NCBI GenBank assembly: GCA_040265735.1
Contig: JBDQFW010000001.1
Coordinates: 1 to 45,642 of the forward strand
Source: Planctomycetota bacterium
Lineage (GTDB): Bacteria > Planctomycetota > UBA1135 > GCA-002686595
DNA length: 45,642 bases
Direction of reading: 5' to 3'
Shown here: one piece after another, positions 9,366 to 18,270 of the stretch
How the letters are laid out: each line of letters begins with the position of its first letter
Numbering within the stretch: position 1 is the first letter of the stretch
Translations under genes and position numbers: made by a program
Notes under the pieces: model-generated
Databases searched by the model: none
The model's input: only the letters and a program-made list of their open reading frames with translations
Told to the model about the DNA's origin: nothing

Positions 9366-9602
9366 ATGAGCGAGTACGAGGCCATCCGCTACACCGTCGA
9401 GCCCGTCGAGGGTGACGACCAGATCGAGATCGTCATCCACGCCTCGGACGGCAACAAGTGGGAGTACGGCGTCCCGTACAGCCGCAGCACCGGCCGCTAC
9501 ACCTTCGAAGAGATCGATGTGATCGCGATGGACTTCGGGGACGACTTCGCCGAGGAGCTCTCGGCCAAGCTCGACGAGGTCATGCGCGACCTCCTCGCCT
9601 GA
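9366..9602 (+). CDS. Small acidic hypothetical protein (78 aa)
   Basis: Strong GC3 codon bias and protein-like composition. No motif recognised. Confidence 0.65.
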   Translation: MSEYEAIRYTVEPVEGDDQIEIVIHASDGNKWEYGVPYSRSTGRYTFEEIDVIAMDFGDDFAEELSAKLDEVMRDLLA

Positions 9603-9617
9603 GGCGCGCCGCGGGAG

Positions 9618-10238
9618 TCAGGGCACCCGCACTCCTGCACCCTCGAGCGCGTCGAGCTCCGCGCGCTGCGACGGGGACAGCCCCTGCGCGGCGTCGAGCA
9701 CGCGCAGGCCGCGCAGCCGCTCGCCTGGCGCCAAGGACGCTCCCTGGCGCGCCGCCTGCAGGGCGACCTCCCAGGCCTCCGGATCGTCGGGAAGCACGGC
9801 GAGGACCTGCAGCACAGCGTCCAAGGCGCCGTCCGCGTGCTCCATGGAGAGCCGCAGCCGCGCGAGCTCGAGCCAGGCCCCAGGGGGCACCTGGCCCTGA
9901 GACCCGGGCTCGAGGCGCAGGCCGAGGCGTGCCTCCAGCCGCGCCTCCTCCTTCCGCAGGAGGGAGTCCTCGCCAAGGCGGCTCAATGCGCCCAGCACCG
10001 TGCGTAGGGCGACCTCGGGCTGGCCCGAGCGATCGAGGGCCCGCGAGTAGCCCACGACGGCCTCGGGATCCGTTGCGCCAGTCCAGCTGAGACGCTCCCG
10101 CCAGAGGGCGAGCTCCGCGGTCTGGTTGCCCTCGGCGCGCGCAACCTCGAGAGCGCGGCCCCACCGCACGTGTGGCGGGGTGGGCCGCTCGCAGCCGGCC
10201 AGGGCGGCCAGCAGCAGCCAACGAACCGCGACGCGCAT
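9618..10238 (-). CDS. Helical-repeat (TPR-like) lipoprotein, hypothetical
   Basis: MRVAVRWLLLAALAGC lipobox followed by an Ala/Leu/Arg-rich helical sequence. Start trimmed to the ATG at 10238. Confidence 0.5.
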   Translation of the reverse strand: MRVAVRWLLLAALAGCERPTPPHVRWGRALEVARAEGNQTAELALWRERLSWTGATDPEAVVGYSRALDRSGQPEVALRTVLGALSRLGEDSLLRKEEARLEARLGLRLEPGSQGQVPPGAWLELARLRLSMEHADGALDAVLQVLAVLPDDPEAWEVALQAARQGASLAPGERLRGLRVLDAAQGLSPSQRAELDALEGAGVRVP

Positions 10239-10290
10239 GGGCAGAGGATAGCGGGTGGTCTTCTCGCGGAAGCGGACCCAGACTCTCCCC

Positions 10291-10989
10291 ATGCTGCGTG
10301 GCCTCTCTCTCGACTTCGGCGGCACGCTCGGCGGCGAGCGGCCGGCGCGCTGGGAGATCTATGCCGAGGAGGCCCAACGCGCGGGCCTGCGCCTTGGGGC
10401 GGACGAGGTCATGGCCCGCATGGTCGCGGCCCATGCCGAGCTGCCCCAGGAGGTCGACGGAGCGTTCCGCTACACCCCCGAGTGGTTCGCCCACTTCATC
10501 CCGCGGGTCCTCCCGCTCGAGGAGCTGGCCGGCCCCCCGCGCGAAGCCCTGATCGAGCGGCTCTTCGCGCGCTTCGCGGACCCGAGCACCTACCGCCTCC
10601 TCCCCGGGGCTCGCGAGCTGCTCGAGCTCGCGCAGGAGCTCGGCCTCAGGCTCGCCCTGGTGTCGAACTGGGGCCCGGGCCTGCCGCGCACCCTCAAGGC
10701 CCTCGGAGTGCTGGACCGCTTCGATGTGGTCCTGGTCTCGGCCCTCGAGCGGATCGAGAAGCCCGATCCGCGCCTCTTCGCGCGCGCGCTCGAGGGTCTG
10801 GGGCTGGGGGCCGACGAGGTCCTTCATGTGGGGGACCACCCCGACAAGGACGCGCGCGGGGCCCAGTCCGCGGGCCTTCGGACCGCCCTGGTCGACGGCT
10901 CTGGCACAATGGGGTCCCTGGAGGGAACGCTGCGGCTGCAGGACCTGCACCAGCTGGCGCGCCTCCTCCCCAGTCTCTGCCGCCCATGA
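10291..10989 (+). CDS. HAD-superfamily hydrolase (subfamily IA-like)
   Basis: Motif I-like LSLDFGGTL, LALVSN (motif II region) and HVGDHPDKDARGA (motif IV). Start trimmed to the ATG at 10291. Confidence 0.75.
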   Translation: MLRGLSLDFGGTLGGERPARWEIYAEEAQRAGLRLGADEVMARMVAAHAELPQEVDGAFRYTPEWFAHFIPRVLPLEELAGPPREALIERLFARFADPSTYRLLPGARELLELAQELGLRLALVSNWGPGLPRTLKALGVLDRFDVVLVSALERIEKPDPRLFARALEGLGLGADEVLHVGDHPDKDARGAQSAGLRTALVDGSGTMGSLEGTLRLQDLHQLARLLPSLCRP

Positions 10990-11975
10990 CCGATCCCGCC
11001 GCCGTCGAGGAGGAGCTTCGCTCCCTGCGCGCCCGCCTGCTCGAGCTGCGCGAGCGCCTGGGCGAGGAGCTGATCGGCCAGCGCGCCGTGGTCGACCTGC
11101 TCACCATCACCCTGATGGCGGGCGGGCATGCGCTGCTCGAGGGCGCGCCCGGCCTGGGGAAGACCACCCTGGTGCACGGCCTCGCCAGCGGCCTGCACCT
11201 CGACTTCGCACGCATCCAGTGCACGCCGGACCTGATGCCGAGCGATGTGGTGGGTGCACGCATCCTCCAACTCGGTGAGGACGGGTCACGCTCGTTCCGC
11301 TTCGAGCCCGGCCCGGTCTTCACCCAGGTCCTGCTGGCCGACGAGATCAACCGCGCGACGCCGCGCACGCAGAGCGCCCTGCTGGAGGCGATGGCCGAGG
11401 GGCAGGTGACCGTCAACGGCGAGACGCGAGCCCTCGCGCAGCCGTTCATGGTGGTGGCCACCCAGAACCCGATCGAGATGGAGGGGACCTACCCCCTGCC
11501 CGAGGCACAGCTCGACCGGTTCATGATCAAGATCGGCCTCGAGCTCCCAAGCCGCGAGGCCCTCTCCGCGATCCTACGCGCCACGACCGGCGCGGGTCGG
11601 GGTGCCAGCGAGCCGGTGATGACGAGCGCCGAGCTGCTCCGTATCCAAGAGCTCGTCCGGCTCGTGCCCGTGGACGACGCCCTCGTGGACCGCGTCGCGC
11701 GCACGGTCCGCGCCACGCACCCCCAGTGCGAGGAGGCTCCCGAGTCCGTCCGCAGCCTCGTCCGCCACGGAGCCAGTCCGCGCGGTGCGCAGGCTCTCCT
11801 CATCGCGGCCAAGGCGCGTGCGCTGCTCGCAGGGCGCCTGGCTCCCGACCCCGAGGACCTGGCTGCCCTGGTGGGGCCGACCCTCGGACACCGGGTCGTC
11901 CTCGGCTACGAGGCCGAGGCGCGTGGGATGAGCGCCGCTGAGGTCGTGCGTCAGGCCCTCGACGCTACAGCCTGA
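10986..11975 (+). CDS. MoxR-family AAA+ ATPase
   Basis: GAPGLGKT Walker A. IQCTPDLMPSD, LLADEINRATPRTQSALLEAM and VVATQNP blocks typical of MoxR. ATGA overlap with the HAD stop. Confidence 0.9.
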   Translation: MTDPAAVEEELRSLRARLLELRERLGEELIGQRAVVDLLTITLMAGGHALLEGAPGLGKTTLVHGLASGLHLDFARIQCTPDLMPSDVVGARILQLGEDGSRSFRFEPGPVFTQVLLADEINRATPRTQSALLEAMAEGQVTVNGETRALAQPFMVVATQNPIEMEGTYPLPEAQLDRFMIKIGLELPSREALSAILRATTGAGRGASEPVMTSAELLRIQELVRLVPVDDALVDRVARTVRATHPQCEEAPESVRSLVRHGASPRGAQALLIAAKARALLAGRLAPDPEDLAALVGPTLGHRVVLGYEAEARGMSAAEVVRQALDATA

Positions 11976-12064
11976 GGCGACGCCGTCCTCCTCACAAGAC
12001 GGCAGCGGCCCGCCCCGAGGGACGAGCCGCTGCCTGCAACTGAAGAGAGGTGTGATTGACGGGG

Positions 12065-12493
12065 TCAGCTGCCCATGAGCTGACGCTGGAGCTCCTCGAA
12101 GTCGACGGACTCGATCTCCTCGCGGCGGATCGTGCCCATGCGCTCGAAGCGCTCCTTCTCGGCCGCCGTGCTCATCTCGGCGTTCGCGCCGGGGGGCAGG
12201 GCGTCGGCCTCGGCGCCGCGGACCACCGCGGCGAGGTTCTCCGGCAGCCCCTCGGGAAGGGCCTCGCGACGCTCGAGCGCGCGGCGCGCGCGACGGCAGA
12301 CCTCGAGGGTGCTGGAGAGGTTGCTCTGGATCTTGGTCAGCCGCTGCACGTCAGGGGCCGGACCGGCCAGCGACTTGCGCACCTTCGCGGTCGCAACCTC
12401 GAGGACGGCGATGAGCGCGTTGAGCTTGCGCATCAGGCGGTCCCGGTACTCGGGGGACTCGAGGTCGGATTCGTGGAAGGGTTGGTCGGTCAT
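12065..12493 (-). CDS. Hypothetical helical protein (142 aa)
   Basis: GC3-rich frame and charged, helical composition. Last gene of a co-directional ECF block. Start trimmed to the ATG at 12493. Confidence 0.6.
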   Translation of the reverse strand: MTDQPFHESDLESPEYRDRLMRKLNALIAVLEVATAKVRKSLAGPAPDVQRLTKIQSNLSSTLEVCRRARRALERREALPEGLPENLAAVVRGAEADALPPGANAEMSTAAEKERFERMGTIRREEIESVDFEELQRQLMGS

Positions 12494-12586
12494 GGCTGCT
12501 GAGGCGTGCCTTCCGGCGCGCACTGCAAGCCTACTCCCGGCGCAAGGGTGAAGCCGGGGGGTGCCTCGATCTGAGCGCGCCGCGCC

Positions 12587-13603
12587 TCAGAGGGCGGACT
12601 GCAGGAGCTCGAGCAGGTGGACCTCGTCGGCCTTGCCGCCGAGCACGAGCTCGTGCCCATCGAGGCTGCCGGTCACGAAGGTCCAGGCGCCCGCACGATC
12701 CACCCGTACTGTCCCCTGCGCAGAGCCGCTGATCATGGGCGCCGCGTCCTGGGGCTTCTGGAGCAGCACGACCCGCGAGAGGCCATCGCCGTACTCGAGG
12801 CGCACCCAGCTCTCCTCGGGCTTGCTCGGGTTCGGATGGATCACGCAGGCATCTCGCATCACGAAGCCCGGAGGCAGGAGGCCGGGCTCGAGGACCTTGA
12901 ACCCGAGCTGCGGCTCCAGCGGGAGGCTCATGTCGAGCAGGTCCCGCGGGAAGCGGTGCTCATCCACGACGAGCCCGGTGAGAGGCGCATCGAACTCGAT
13001 GCTCTCGAAGGCCACGGCCTGGACGCGCTGCCCGGCGGCGCGCTCCTCGAAGGCGAGCAGCAGGCCCGTGTCGGCATCAAGGTCCAGGGTCCACTCCAGG
13101 TCGGAGGCGACCCGGCGGCGCACGGCCAGGCGAATGCAGGGACGGCCGGCAACCGTCACGGCCTCCGGGGAGGCGGTGACCAGGTGGTTGGCGAAGAAGC
13201 GCTCGGGGTCCCCGACCCTGAGGTCGCGGTAGCGGAAGCTGTAGGCGCTGCGCCCCGTCTCCAGCAACAGGGTCAGCTCGGGGTCCTGGGAGCCCTCGAG
13301 CACCTCGAGCGGCTCCAGCAGGAAGCGTCCCTGGCCATCGCATGCGACCTCCTCGCGGTGGACCTGGGCGTCGCCGCCCTCCGGGCCAAGCTCGACGCGC
13401 CGGATGCCGTGGAAGCGCACCTCCTCGGGCTGGACCATGACGAGGTCCAGCAGGGGCGCGCCGGCCTGTACACCTCCCGCAGCGGGCGGCGAGCCCGCGG
13501 GCGCGCGCAGCTGGTCCGCCGCGCCGGCGGAATCCGCGGGCACGCAGGCACCCAGGGCAGTGGCAAACAGAGCGGCCGCGAGGCCGAGAGCGGGGCCCCT
13601 CAT
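12587..13603 (-). CDS. MucB/RseB-like periplasmic sigma-E regulatory protein
   Basis: Signal peptide MRGPALGLAAALFATALGAC. The central VAGRPCIRLAV...LEWTLDLDADTGLLLAFE segment resembles the RseB core. ATGA overlap with the upstream anti-sigma gene. Confidence 0.6.
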   Translation of the reverse strand: MRGPALGLAAALFATALGACVPADSAGAADQLRAPAGSPPAAGGVQAGAPLLDLVMVQPEEVRFHGIRRVELGPEGGDAQVHREEVACDGQGRFLLEPLEVLEGSQDPELTLLLETGRSAYSFRYRDLRVGDPERFFANHLVTASPEAVTVAGRPCIRLAVRRRVASDLEWTLDLDADTGLLLAFEERAAGQRVQAVAFESIEFDAPLTGLVVDEHRFPRDLLDMSLPLEPQLGFKVLEPGLLPPGFVMRDACVIHPNPSKPEESWVRLEYGDGLSRVVLLQKPQDAAPMISGSAQGTVRVDRAGAWTFVTGSLDGHELVLGGKADEVHLLELLQSAL

Positions 13604-14157
13604 CGCGAGCTCCCTCCCAGCGGCAGAGCACCACCGCTGACCTGCTGCACGAGGGCGCGCACCTCGGGGTCCAGAGTCTCGACCCCGTCTCCGCGCAGGA
13701 CCTCGAAGGACCAGTGGCGGCCCTCTTGGGCGGGCTGCACCCGCGCCAGCACCAGGACGGCGGCCGCGGCGCCCGCCAGTCCCAGAGCCAGGCTCCAGCG
13801 CCGCTGGAGGCGGGACCGCTGGGCGGCGTCGTCAACAGCGGCGCGGACGGCCTCGTCGAGGGCCGCGGGGGCAGGGACCGGCTCCAGGCTCCCGAGGGCA
13901 CGCCGGACGCGGCGCTCGCCCTCGATGGCGCCCCGCACGCGGGCGTCCAAGCCCGCCGGTGCGGAGAGGCTCTCGAGGCTGCTGAGGGCCTTCAGGACCC
14001 GCTGATCGGCCTGGTGAGCCCGCGCGCAGACGGGGCACTCCTCCAGGTGAGCCAGCCAATCCGGCGCACGCCCCTCCCGCGCCAGGGCCGCGAACCGGGC
14101 CTGGCTCCAGGCGGAGCAGGGCTCCGCGGGCGTGGGGTGCTGGGGGCTGGGGACCAT
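13600..14157 (-). CDS. Anti-sigma factor (zf-HC2 type), single-pass membrane
   Basis: HLEECPVCARAH zinc-finger-like motif. Central hydrophobic segment LALGLAGAAAAVLVLA. Starts 4 nt after the ECF sigma stop. Confidence 0.7.
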   Translation of the reverse strand: MVPSPQHPTPAEPCSAWSQARFAALAREGRAPDWLAHLEECPVCARAHQADQRVLKALSSLESLSAPAGLDARVRGAIEGERRVRRALGSLEPVPAPAALDEAVRAAVDDAAQRSRLQRRWSLALGLAGAAAAVLVLARVQPAQEGRHWSFEVLRGDGVETLDPEVRALVQQVSGGALPLGGSSR

Positions 14158-14161
14158 GGGA

Positions 14162-14776
14162 TCAGTCCGTGTAGTGACGGTCGAGGCGGCCGGCGAGTTC
14201 CCGGTCAAGCGCCTCATGTGCACGAGAGAGACGAGATTTGACAGTTCCTAGGGATATCCCCAAGGTCTCGGCCACCTCGTCGTAGCTCCGCTCCTGCAGG
14301 TAGCGCAGGACGACCACGACGCGCAGCTTGTCGCTGAGGCGCCCGATGGCCGCGTGGACGTCCCGGGCGAGCTCCCCCCGCCCGAGCTCGCGGGAGGGCT
14401 CGGGGAGGCCCTCGTCCTCGGGGTCGAGCCCCTGGTCCGGATCGGCGCGCAGGGCCTCGAGCGAGGTCCACGGCCGGCTGGAGACCCGGCGCTTGAGGTC
14501 GATGGAGGCGTTCACGGCGATCCGATAGATCCAGCTGGAGAGGCGCGACTCACGCCGGAATCCCCCGATCCGCCGGTGCACCAGGGCGAAGGTCTCCTGG
14601 GCCGCGTCGAGCGCGTCGGTCGCGTTGCCGGTGATCCGGTAGCAGGTGCTGTAGACGCGGTCGCGGTAGGCCTCGTAGAGGTCGCGGAATGGCCCCTCGA
14701 AGCCCGCCTCCGGAGCGGCCTGGCAGGCCAGCACCAGACGCAGGTCGGGATCCTCGGAGCTCTCCTGGTCGCTCAT
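14162..14776 (-). CDS. ECF (sigma-70 family, group 4) RNA polymerase sigma factor
   Basis: Region 2 (DALDAAQETFALVHRRIGGFRRESRLSSWIYRIAVNASID) and region 4 HTH (SYDEVAETLGISLGTVKSRLSRA). Confidence 0.9.
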   Translation of the reverse strand: MSDQESSEDPDLRLVLACQAAPEAGFEGPFRDLYEAYRDRVYSTCYRITGNATDALDAAQETFALVHRRIGGFRRESRLSSWIYRIAVNASIDLKRRVSSRPWTSLEALRADPDQGLDPEDEGLPEPSRELGRGELARDVHAAIGRLSDKLRVVVVLRYLQERSYDEVAETLGISLGTVKSRLSRAHEALDRELAGRLDRHYTD

Positions 14777-14798
14777 CGGCTGGATGGGACCCGCAGGG

Positions 14799-15779
14799 TC
14801 ACCCTCCGATCAGCGCTCCGGGGTCGAGGACCTCGACGGTCTGCCCCACGGTGCCCGGGCAGTCCGCGTCGCACCAGGAGTTCCAGTTGCCGTCGCAGTA
14901 CGCCTCGACGACCTCCTTGATGATCGTCAGGCCGTTGCCGCTGACTCCGACGGTCTCGAGACGCTGGAAGCAGACCTTGCCCGCGAGCCAGCTCGGCGGA
15001 AGCGACCTTCCGCCGCTGCTGCCTCCGGAGGCCGGAATCGGCTGGTGGATCGACTGGCCGCTGCCGGGCTGCTGAGGAACGGTCAGGCTGGCCGGCGGGA
15101 TCAGGTGCGCCTTGCGGCGGAAGAGGACGAACTTCCCCGTCGGCGTCTGCCGCACGGAGAGGTCGAGGGTGGCACGCGCCGCGAGGGGGGCGCCGTTGCC
15201 CGGACCGATCGTCGCGCCGGCGGCCAAACCGCCGAAGTTGCGCACGAACAGCTCGGGAACGCGCACATCCACCGTGGAGACGAAGCAGCCGCTCGCGACC
15301 TCCTCGGTGTGGGTGTCAGCGGCCGCGAGCAGGCGAGTGGCGGGAAGGACCGAGCTCGCGCCAGGGCGCAGGAGCTCGAGCCCGACCTGGCGCGCCTCGA
15401 GGTCGCCGTCACAGGTCGCGATCACGAGGGTCAGGACGGTGCTGCCCGAGTCCCCCCACGCGAACAGGCCCACCTCCTCGTGACCCACGCCCGGAGCAGG
15501 GAAGTCCGCGGGGTTCCAGGGCGAGGTTTGGCTTGCAACCTCGACGCCGTCGGTCACGCCGTCGCCGTCGGTGTCCGCGATCCAGGGCGAGGTCCCCAGG
15601 GTCGCCTCGTGGCAGTCGAGCAGGCCGTCACGGTCGAGGTCGCCGGAGAGGCCCATCTCAGCCCGCAGGCTCGACGATCCCCCCTGAAGGGAGAGCGCCG
15701 CGAGGGCGAGTCCAAGGGCCCCGAGGGGAACCAGGACGGAACGGCGCGGTTCACTCAGCTTGCTCTCGACTCTCTCCAC
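14799..15779 (-). CDS. Secreted hypothetical protein with Asp-rich calcium-loop-like motifs and a Cys-rich C-terminus
   Basis: Signal-like VLVPLGALGLALAALSL. DLDRDGLLDCHE and DTDGDGVTDGVE resemble thrombospondin-type-3 / DxDxDG loops. C-terminal YCDGNWNSWCDADC. Ends 22 nt before the ECF sigma start. Confidence 0.65.
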   Translation of the reverse strand: MERVESKLSEPRRSVLVPLGALGLALAALSLQGGSSSLRAEMGLSGDLDRDGLLDCHEATLGTSPWIADTDGDGVTDGVEVASQTSPWNPADFPAPGVGHEEVGLFAWGDSGSTVLTLVIATCDGDLEARQVGLELLRPGASSVLPATRLLAAADTHTEEVASGCFVSTVDVRVPELFVRNFGGLAAGATIGPGNGAPLAARATLDLSVRQTPTGKFVLFRRKAHLIPPASLTVPQQPGSGQSIHQPIPASGGSSGGRSLPPSWLAGKVCFQRLETVGVSGNGLTIIKEVVEAYCDGNWNSWCDADCPGTVGQTVEVLDPGALIGG

Positions 15780-15917
15780 GGACTCAACCTTGGGGGGCGC
15801 GCAGGCAATCCGTCAAGTGGGGATGTCCCGCAGGGCCCCTCTGGAGCGCCCAGAGGCGGGGTGAGGGGGCCCCACGCTTGACCCCCACGGACCCCGCCGT
15901 ATCCTCCCTGCCCCCGT

Positions 15918-15994
15918 GCGCCCGTAGCTCAGCTGGATAGAGCGCTTGCCTCCGGAGCAAGAGGTCACAGGTTCGAATCCTGTCGGGCGCACCA
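15918..15994 (+). tRNA. tRNA-Arg (anticodon CCG), CCA encoded
   Basis: Cloverleaf read by hand. Acceptor GCGCCCG/CGGGCGC, D arm GCTC/GAGC, anticodon stem CTTGC/GCAAG with loop CTCCGGA, T arm ACAGG-TTCGAAT-CCTGT. Discriminator A followed by CCA. Confidence 0.9.
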
Positions 15995-16053
15995 CCTTCC
16001 CCCCTTCGCAAGCGCCCGGGCACGCCCCGCGTTGGCTCCTCGGGGAGTGCGCC

Positions 16054-17217
16054 TCAGAGCTCGAGCAGGCCCGCGACGCGCGGCGCGAGGGCTGCGGCGG
16101 CCGCCTCCTGGCCTGCCGCGCTCCAGTGGAAGTCGAGCCCCAGCTCGAACGCGTCCGAGCCAAGCGCCTCGAGGGGGCCTGTCAGGTCGACAGCGATCCA
16201 GCCGGCCGCCTCGGCGCAGCGCAAGAGGCTCTGCGCCGGACCGTTCTGGACGAGCTCGGGCCAGGCTCCCGGATCTGGGCGCACCGGATAGGACGGGTTC
16301 ACATCCACGGCGCTGGGGACCACCGCGGCGAGCGCCGGCACGCCCAAGGCATCTAGATCCGCGCGTAGGGCCCGCAGGACCGCCGTCATCAGCGCGCGCT
16401 TGTGGGCAGCAGACGCTCCGCCAGGATCGAGGGCCATGTCCGCGTCGTAGGTGTCCTGCTCAAGGTCCACCACCACCGGCGGACCCGTCCGTGCGTCGGC
16501 CACCTGGGCCCGGCTGGCCTCGAGCCAGGCCGCAAGCAGGCGCTCGGGATCCGAAGGCTCCTCCACCACCGCATCACTGCCGACGCCTTCGAGCCAGCGC
16601 AGCAGCGCTGAGCGCGAGCCCCTGCGCTGGCCGAAGCGTGCGACGAGCTGCGGAGCAAGCGCCGTGCGCGCGCGCTCGGCGCTGCCCTCTCGGCCGACCT
16701 CGAAGAGCCGGTTGCGCACGAGGTCTCCGAAGTCGTTGTGCGCGCAGAGCACGAGCACAACCGCATCCGGGCCCAGGGCTGCTCCGTGACGCCGCAGCCA
16801 GAGCAGGCTCTGATCGGGCCCGTAGCTCTCCCGGCCGGCGTTCAGGACCTGCGCCCCGCCAAGCCGCGTCTCGAGGCGCGCGCGCAGGGTCTCTGCCTCG
16901 GGGGTGTTCCCCGCGAGAACCAGGCTGTCGCCCAGGAGCAGGACGCGCGAGCTCTCCTCCCGGGGAAGGGGACCGCGCAGGCCGAGCGCGTTGAAGGCCA
17001 CCTCGATCCGCCGCGGGCCCGCGGGACCCGGCATGAGCTGGGTCCGCCGTCCGCCGGGCACGGCGTCGTGGAGCAGCTCGGGGTCGAGCCGATAGCAGAC
17101 GCCGTCGCCGGGCCCCACGACCCGAAGCAGACCCTCGGCAGCGAGCAGCGCCAAGACGAGCCCCAGCGCCACCGCGAGCAGGCGCGCTCGCCCTTGGATT
17201 GCGGTCGCGTGGTTCAA
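16054..17217 (-). CDS. Membrane-anchored SGNH/GDSL-like hydrolase or acyl-esterase
   Basis: N-terminal hydrophobic helix LLAVALGLVLALLAA. LLLGDSL (block I), NAGRESYG (block II), CAHNDFGD (block III) and C-terminal LDFHWSAAG (Asp/His block). Provisional TTG start at 17217, 17 nt after the AKR stop. The rest of the 688-aa ORF is shadow sequence. Confidence 0.6.
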   Translation of the reverse strand: MNHATAIQGRARLLAVALGLVLALLAAEGLLRVVGPGDGVCYRLDPELLHDAVPGGRRTQLMPGPAGPRRIEVAFNALGLRGPLPREESSRVLLLGDSLVLAGNTPEAETLRARLETRLGGAQVLNAGRESYGPDQSLLWLRRHGAALGPDAVVLVLCAHNDFGDLVRNRLFEVGREGSAERARTALAPQLVARFGQRRGSRSALLRWLEGVGSDAVVEEPSDPERLLAAWLEASRAQVADARTGPPVVVDLEQDTYDADMALDPGGASAAHKRALMTAVLRALRADLDALGVPALAAVVPSAVDVNPSYPVRPDPGAWPELVQNGPAQSLLRCAEAAGWIAVDLTGPLEALGSDAFELGLDFHWSAAGQEAAAAALAPRVAGLLEL

Positions 17218-17234
17218 GGACCCGCCCTTGAGGC

Positions 17235-18179
17235 TCAGGCCCGCGGGCCGGGGAAGAGGGTGTCGAGGCGCGCGGCCAGGGCGTCGTCGACCTCGAGCTC
17301 GGCCGCCGCAAGGTTCTCCTCGACCTGATCGGCGCGCGTGGCCCCGGTGATGACCGAGGAGACGGTGCCGCAGCGCAGGAGCCAGGCGAGGGCGAGCTGG
17401 GAGGGACGGCAGCCCGCCTCGGCAGCGAGCCCGGAGAACGCTCGCAGGCGCTCGAGTCCCTCGTCCGTGAGGTAGCCGTCCAGCCACTGAGTGCTGGCCC
17501 CGCGAGAGCCCTCGGGGATCCCCGCGTCGTACTTCCCGGTCAGAGCGCCGCCGGCCAGGGGGCTCCACACGACGAGGCCCATGCCCGTCTCCGCGACCGC
17601 GGGCTCCACGGCCTCCTCCACATCGCGGACCAGCAGGCTGTACTGAGGCTGCTCCACGATCGGGGCGTGCCAGCCGTGCTCCGCGCACAGCCGGTGGGTC
17701 TCGCGCAGACGCTCGGCGCTCCAGCAGGAGGTGCCCCAGTACAGAACCTTGCCCTGGTTCACGAGGTGATCCATGGCCCGCACGGTCTCCACCAGGGGCA
17801 CGGTGGGATCCTCGCGGTGGCAGAAGTAGAGGTCGAGGTAGTCCATGCCCAGCCGGGCGAGGCTGCGGTCGCAGCTCTCGAGGATGTGCTTGCGCGAGAG
17901 GCCGCGGTCGTTCGGCGCCTCGCTCATGGGCCAGAAGCACTTGCTGGAGATCACCAGCTCGTGGCGCGGCAGGCCGGCCAGCACCTTGCCCGCGGCCTCC
18001 TCGGCCGCGCCCCGTGCGTACACATCCGCCAGGTCGATGAAGTTCACGCCCCCGTCCAGGGCCGCCCGAATCACCCCCTGGGTGGCCTCCTGCTCGATGC
18101 TGCCGCCAAAGGTCAGCCACCCCCCGAGAGAGACTGCACTGACCTCAAGCCCCGTTGCACCCACGCGCCTGTACTGCAT
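17235..18179 (-). CDS. Aldo/keto reductase (Kv-beta/Tas-like subfamily)
   Basis: MQYRRVGATGLEVSAVSLGGW start. DLADVY, SSK, YLDLYFCHR, GKVLYWGTS and SVITGA blocks. Start trimmed to the ATG at 18179. Confidence 0.9.
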   Translation of the reverse strand: MQYRRVGATGLEVSAVSLGGWLTFGGSIEQEATQGVIRAALDGGVNFIDLADVYARGAAEEAAGKVLAGLPRHELVISSKCFWPMSEAPNDRGLSRKHILESCDRSLARLGMDYLDLYFCHREDPTVPLVETVRAMDHLVNQGKVLYWGTSCWSAERLRETHRLCAEHGWHAPIVEQPQYSLLVRDVEEAVEPAVAETGMGLVVWSPLAGGALTGKYDAGIPEGSRGASTQWLDGYLTDEGLERLRAFSGLAAEAGCRPSQLALAWLLRCGTVSSVITGATRADQVEENLAAAELEVDDALAARLDTLFPGPRA

Positions 18180-18215
18180 GGGCAGGAGGATAGCGCCTGC
18201 AGCCAGACCCAAGCG

Positions 18216-18253
18216 GCAGCGGCGCCGCGATCCGAGGACCGCGGCGCCGCTGC
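18216..18253 (-). terminator. Strong GC hairpin between the radical SAM stop and the AKR start (terminator or processing hairpin)
   Basis: Perfect 14-bp inverted repeat gcagcggcgccgcg / cgcggcgccgctgc with a 10-nt loop. No clear U-tract. Confidence 0.45.
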
Positions 18254-18270
18254 GCGAGGAGGGGTGAGCG

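Noticed and set aside
15780-16053. Genomic island or integrative element at the tRNA-Arg gene.
   Set aside because: There is no integrase. I noticed no direct repeat of the tRNA 3' end. The flanking genes look like ordinary chromosomal genes with the same codon style.
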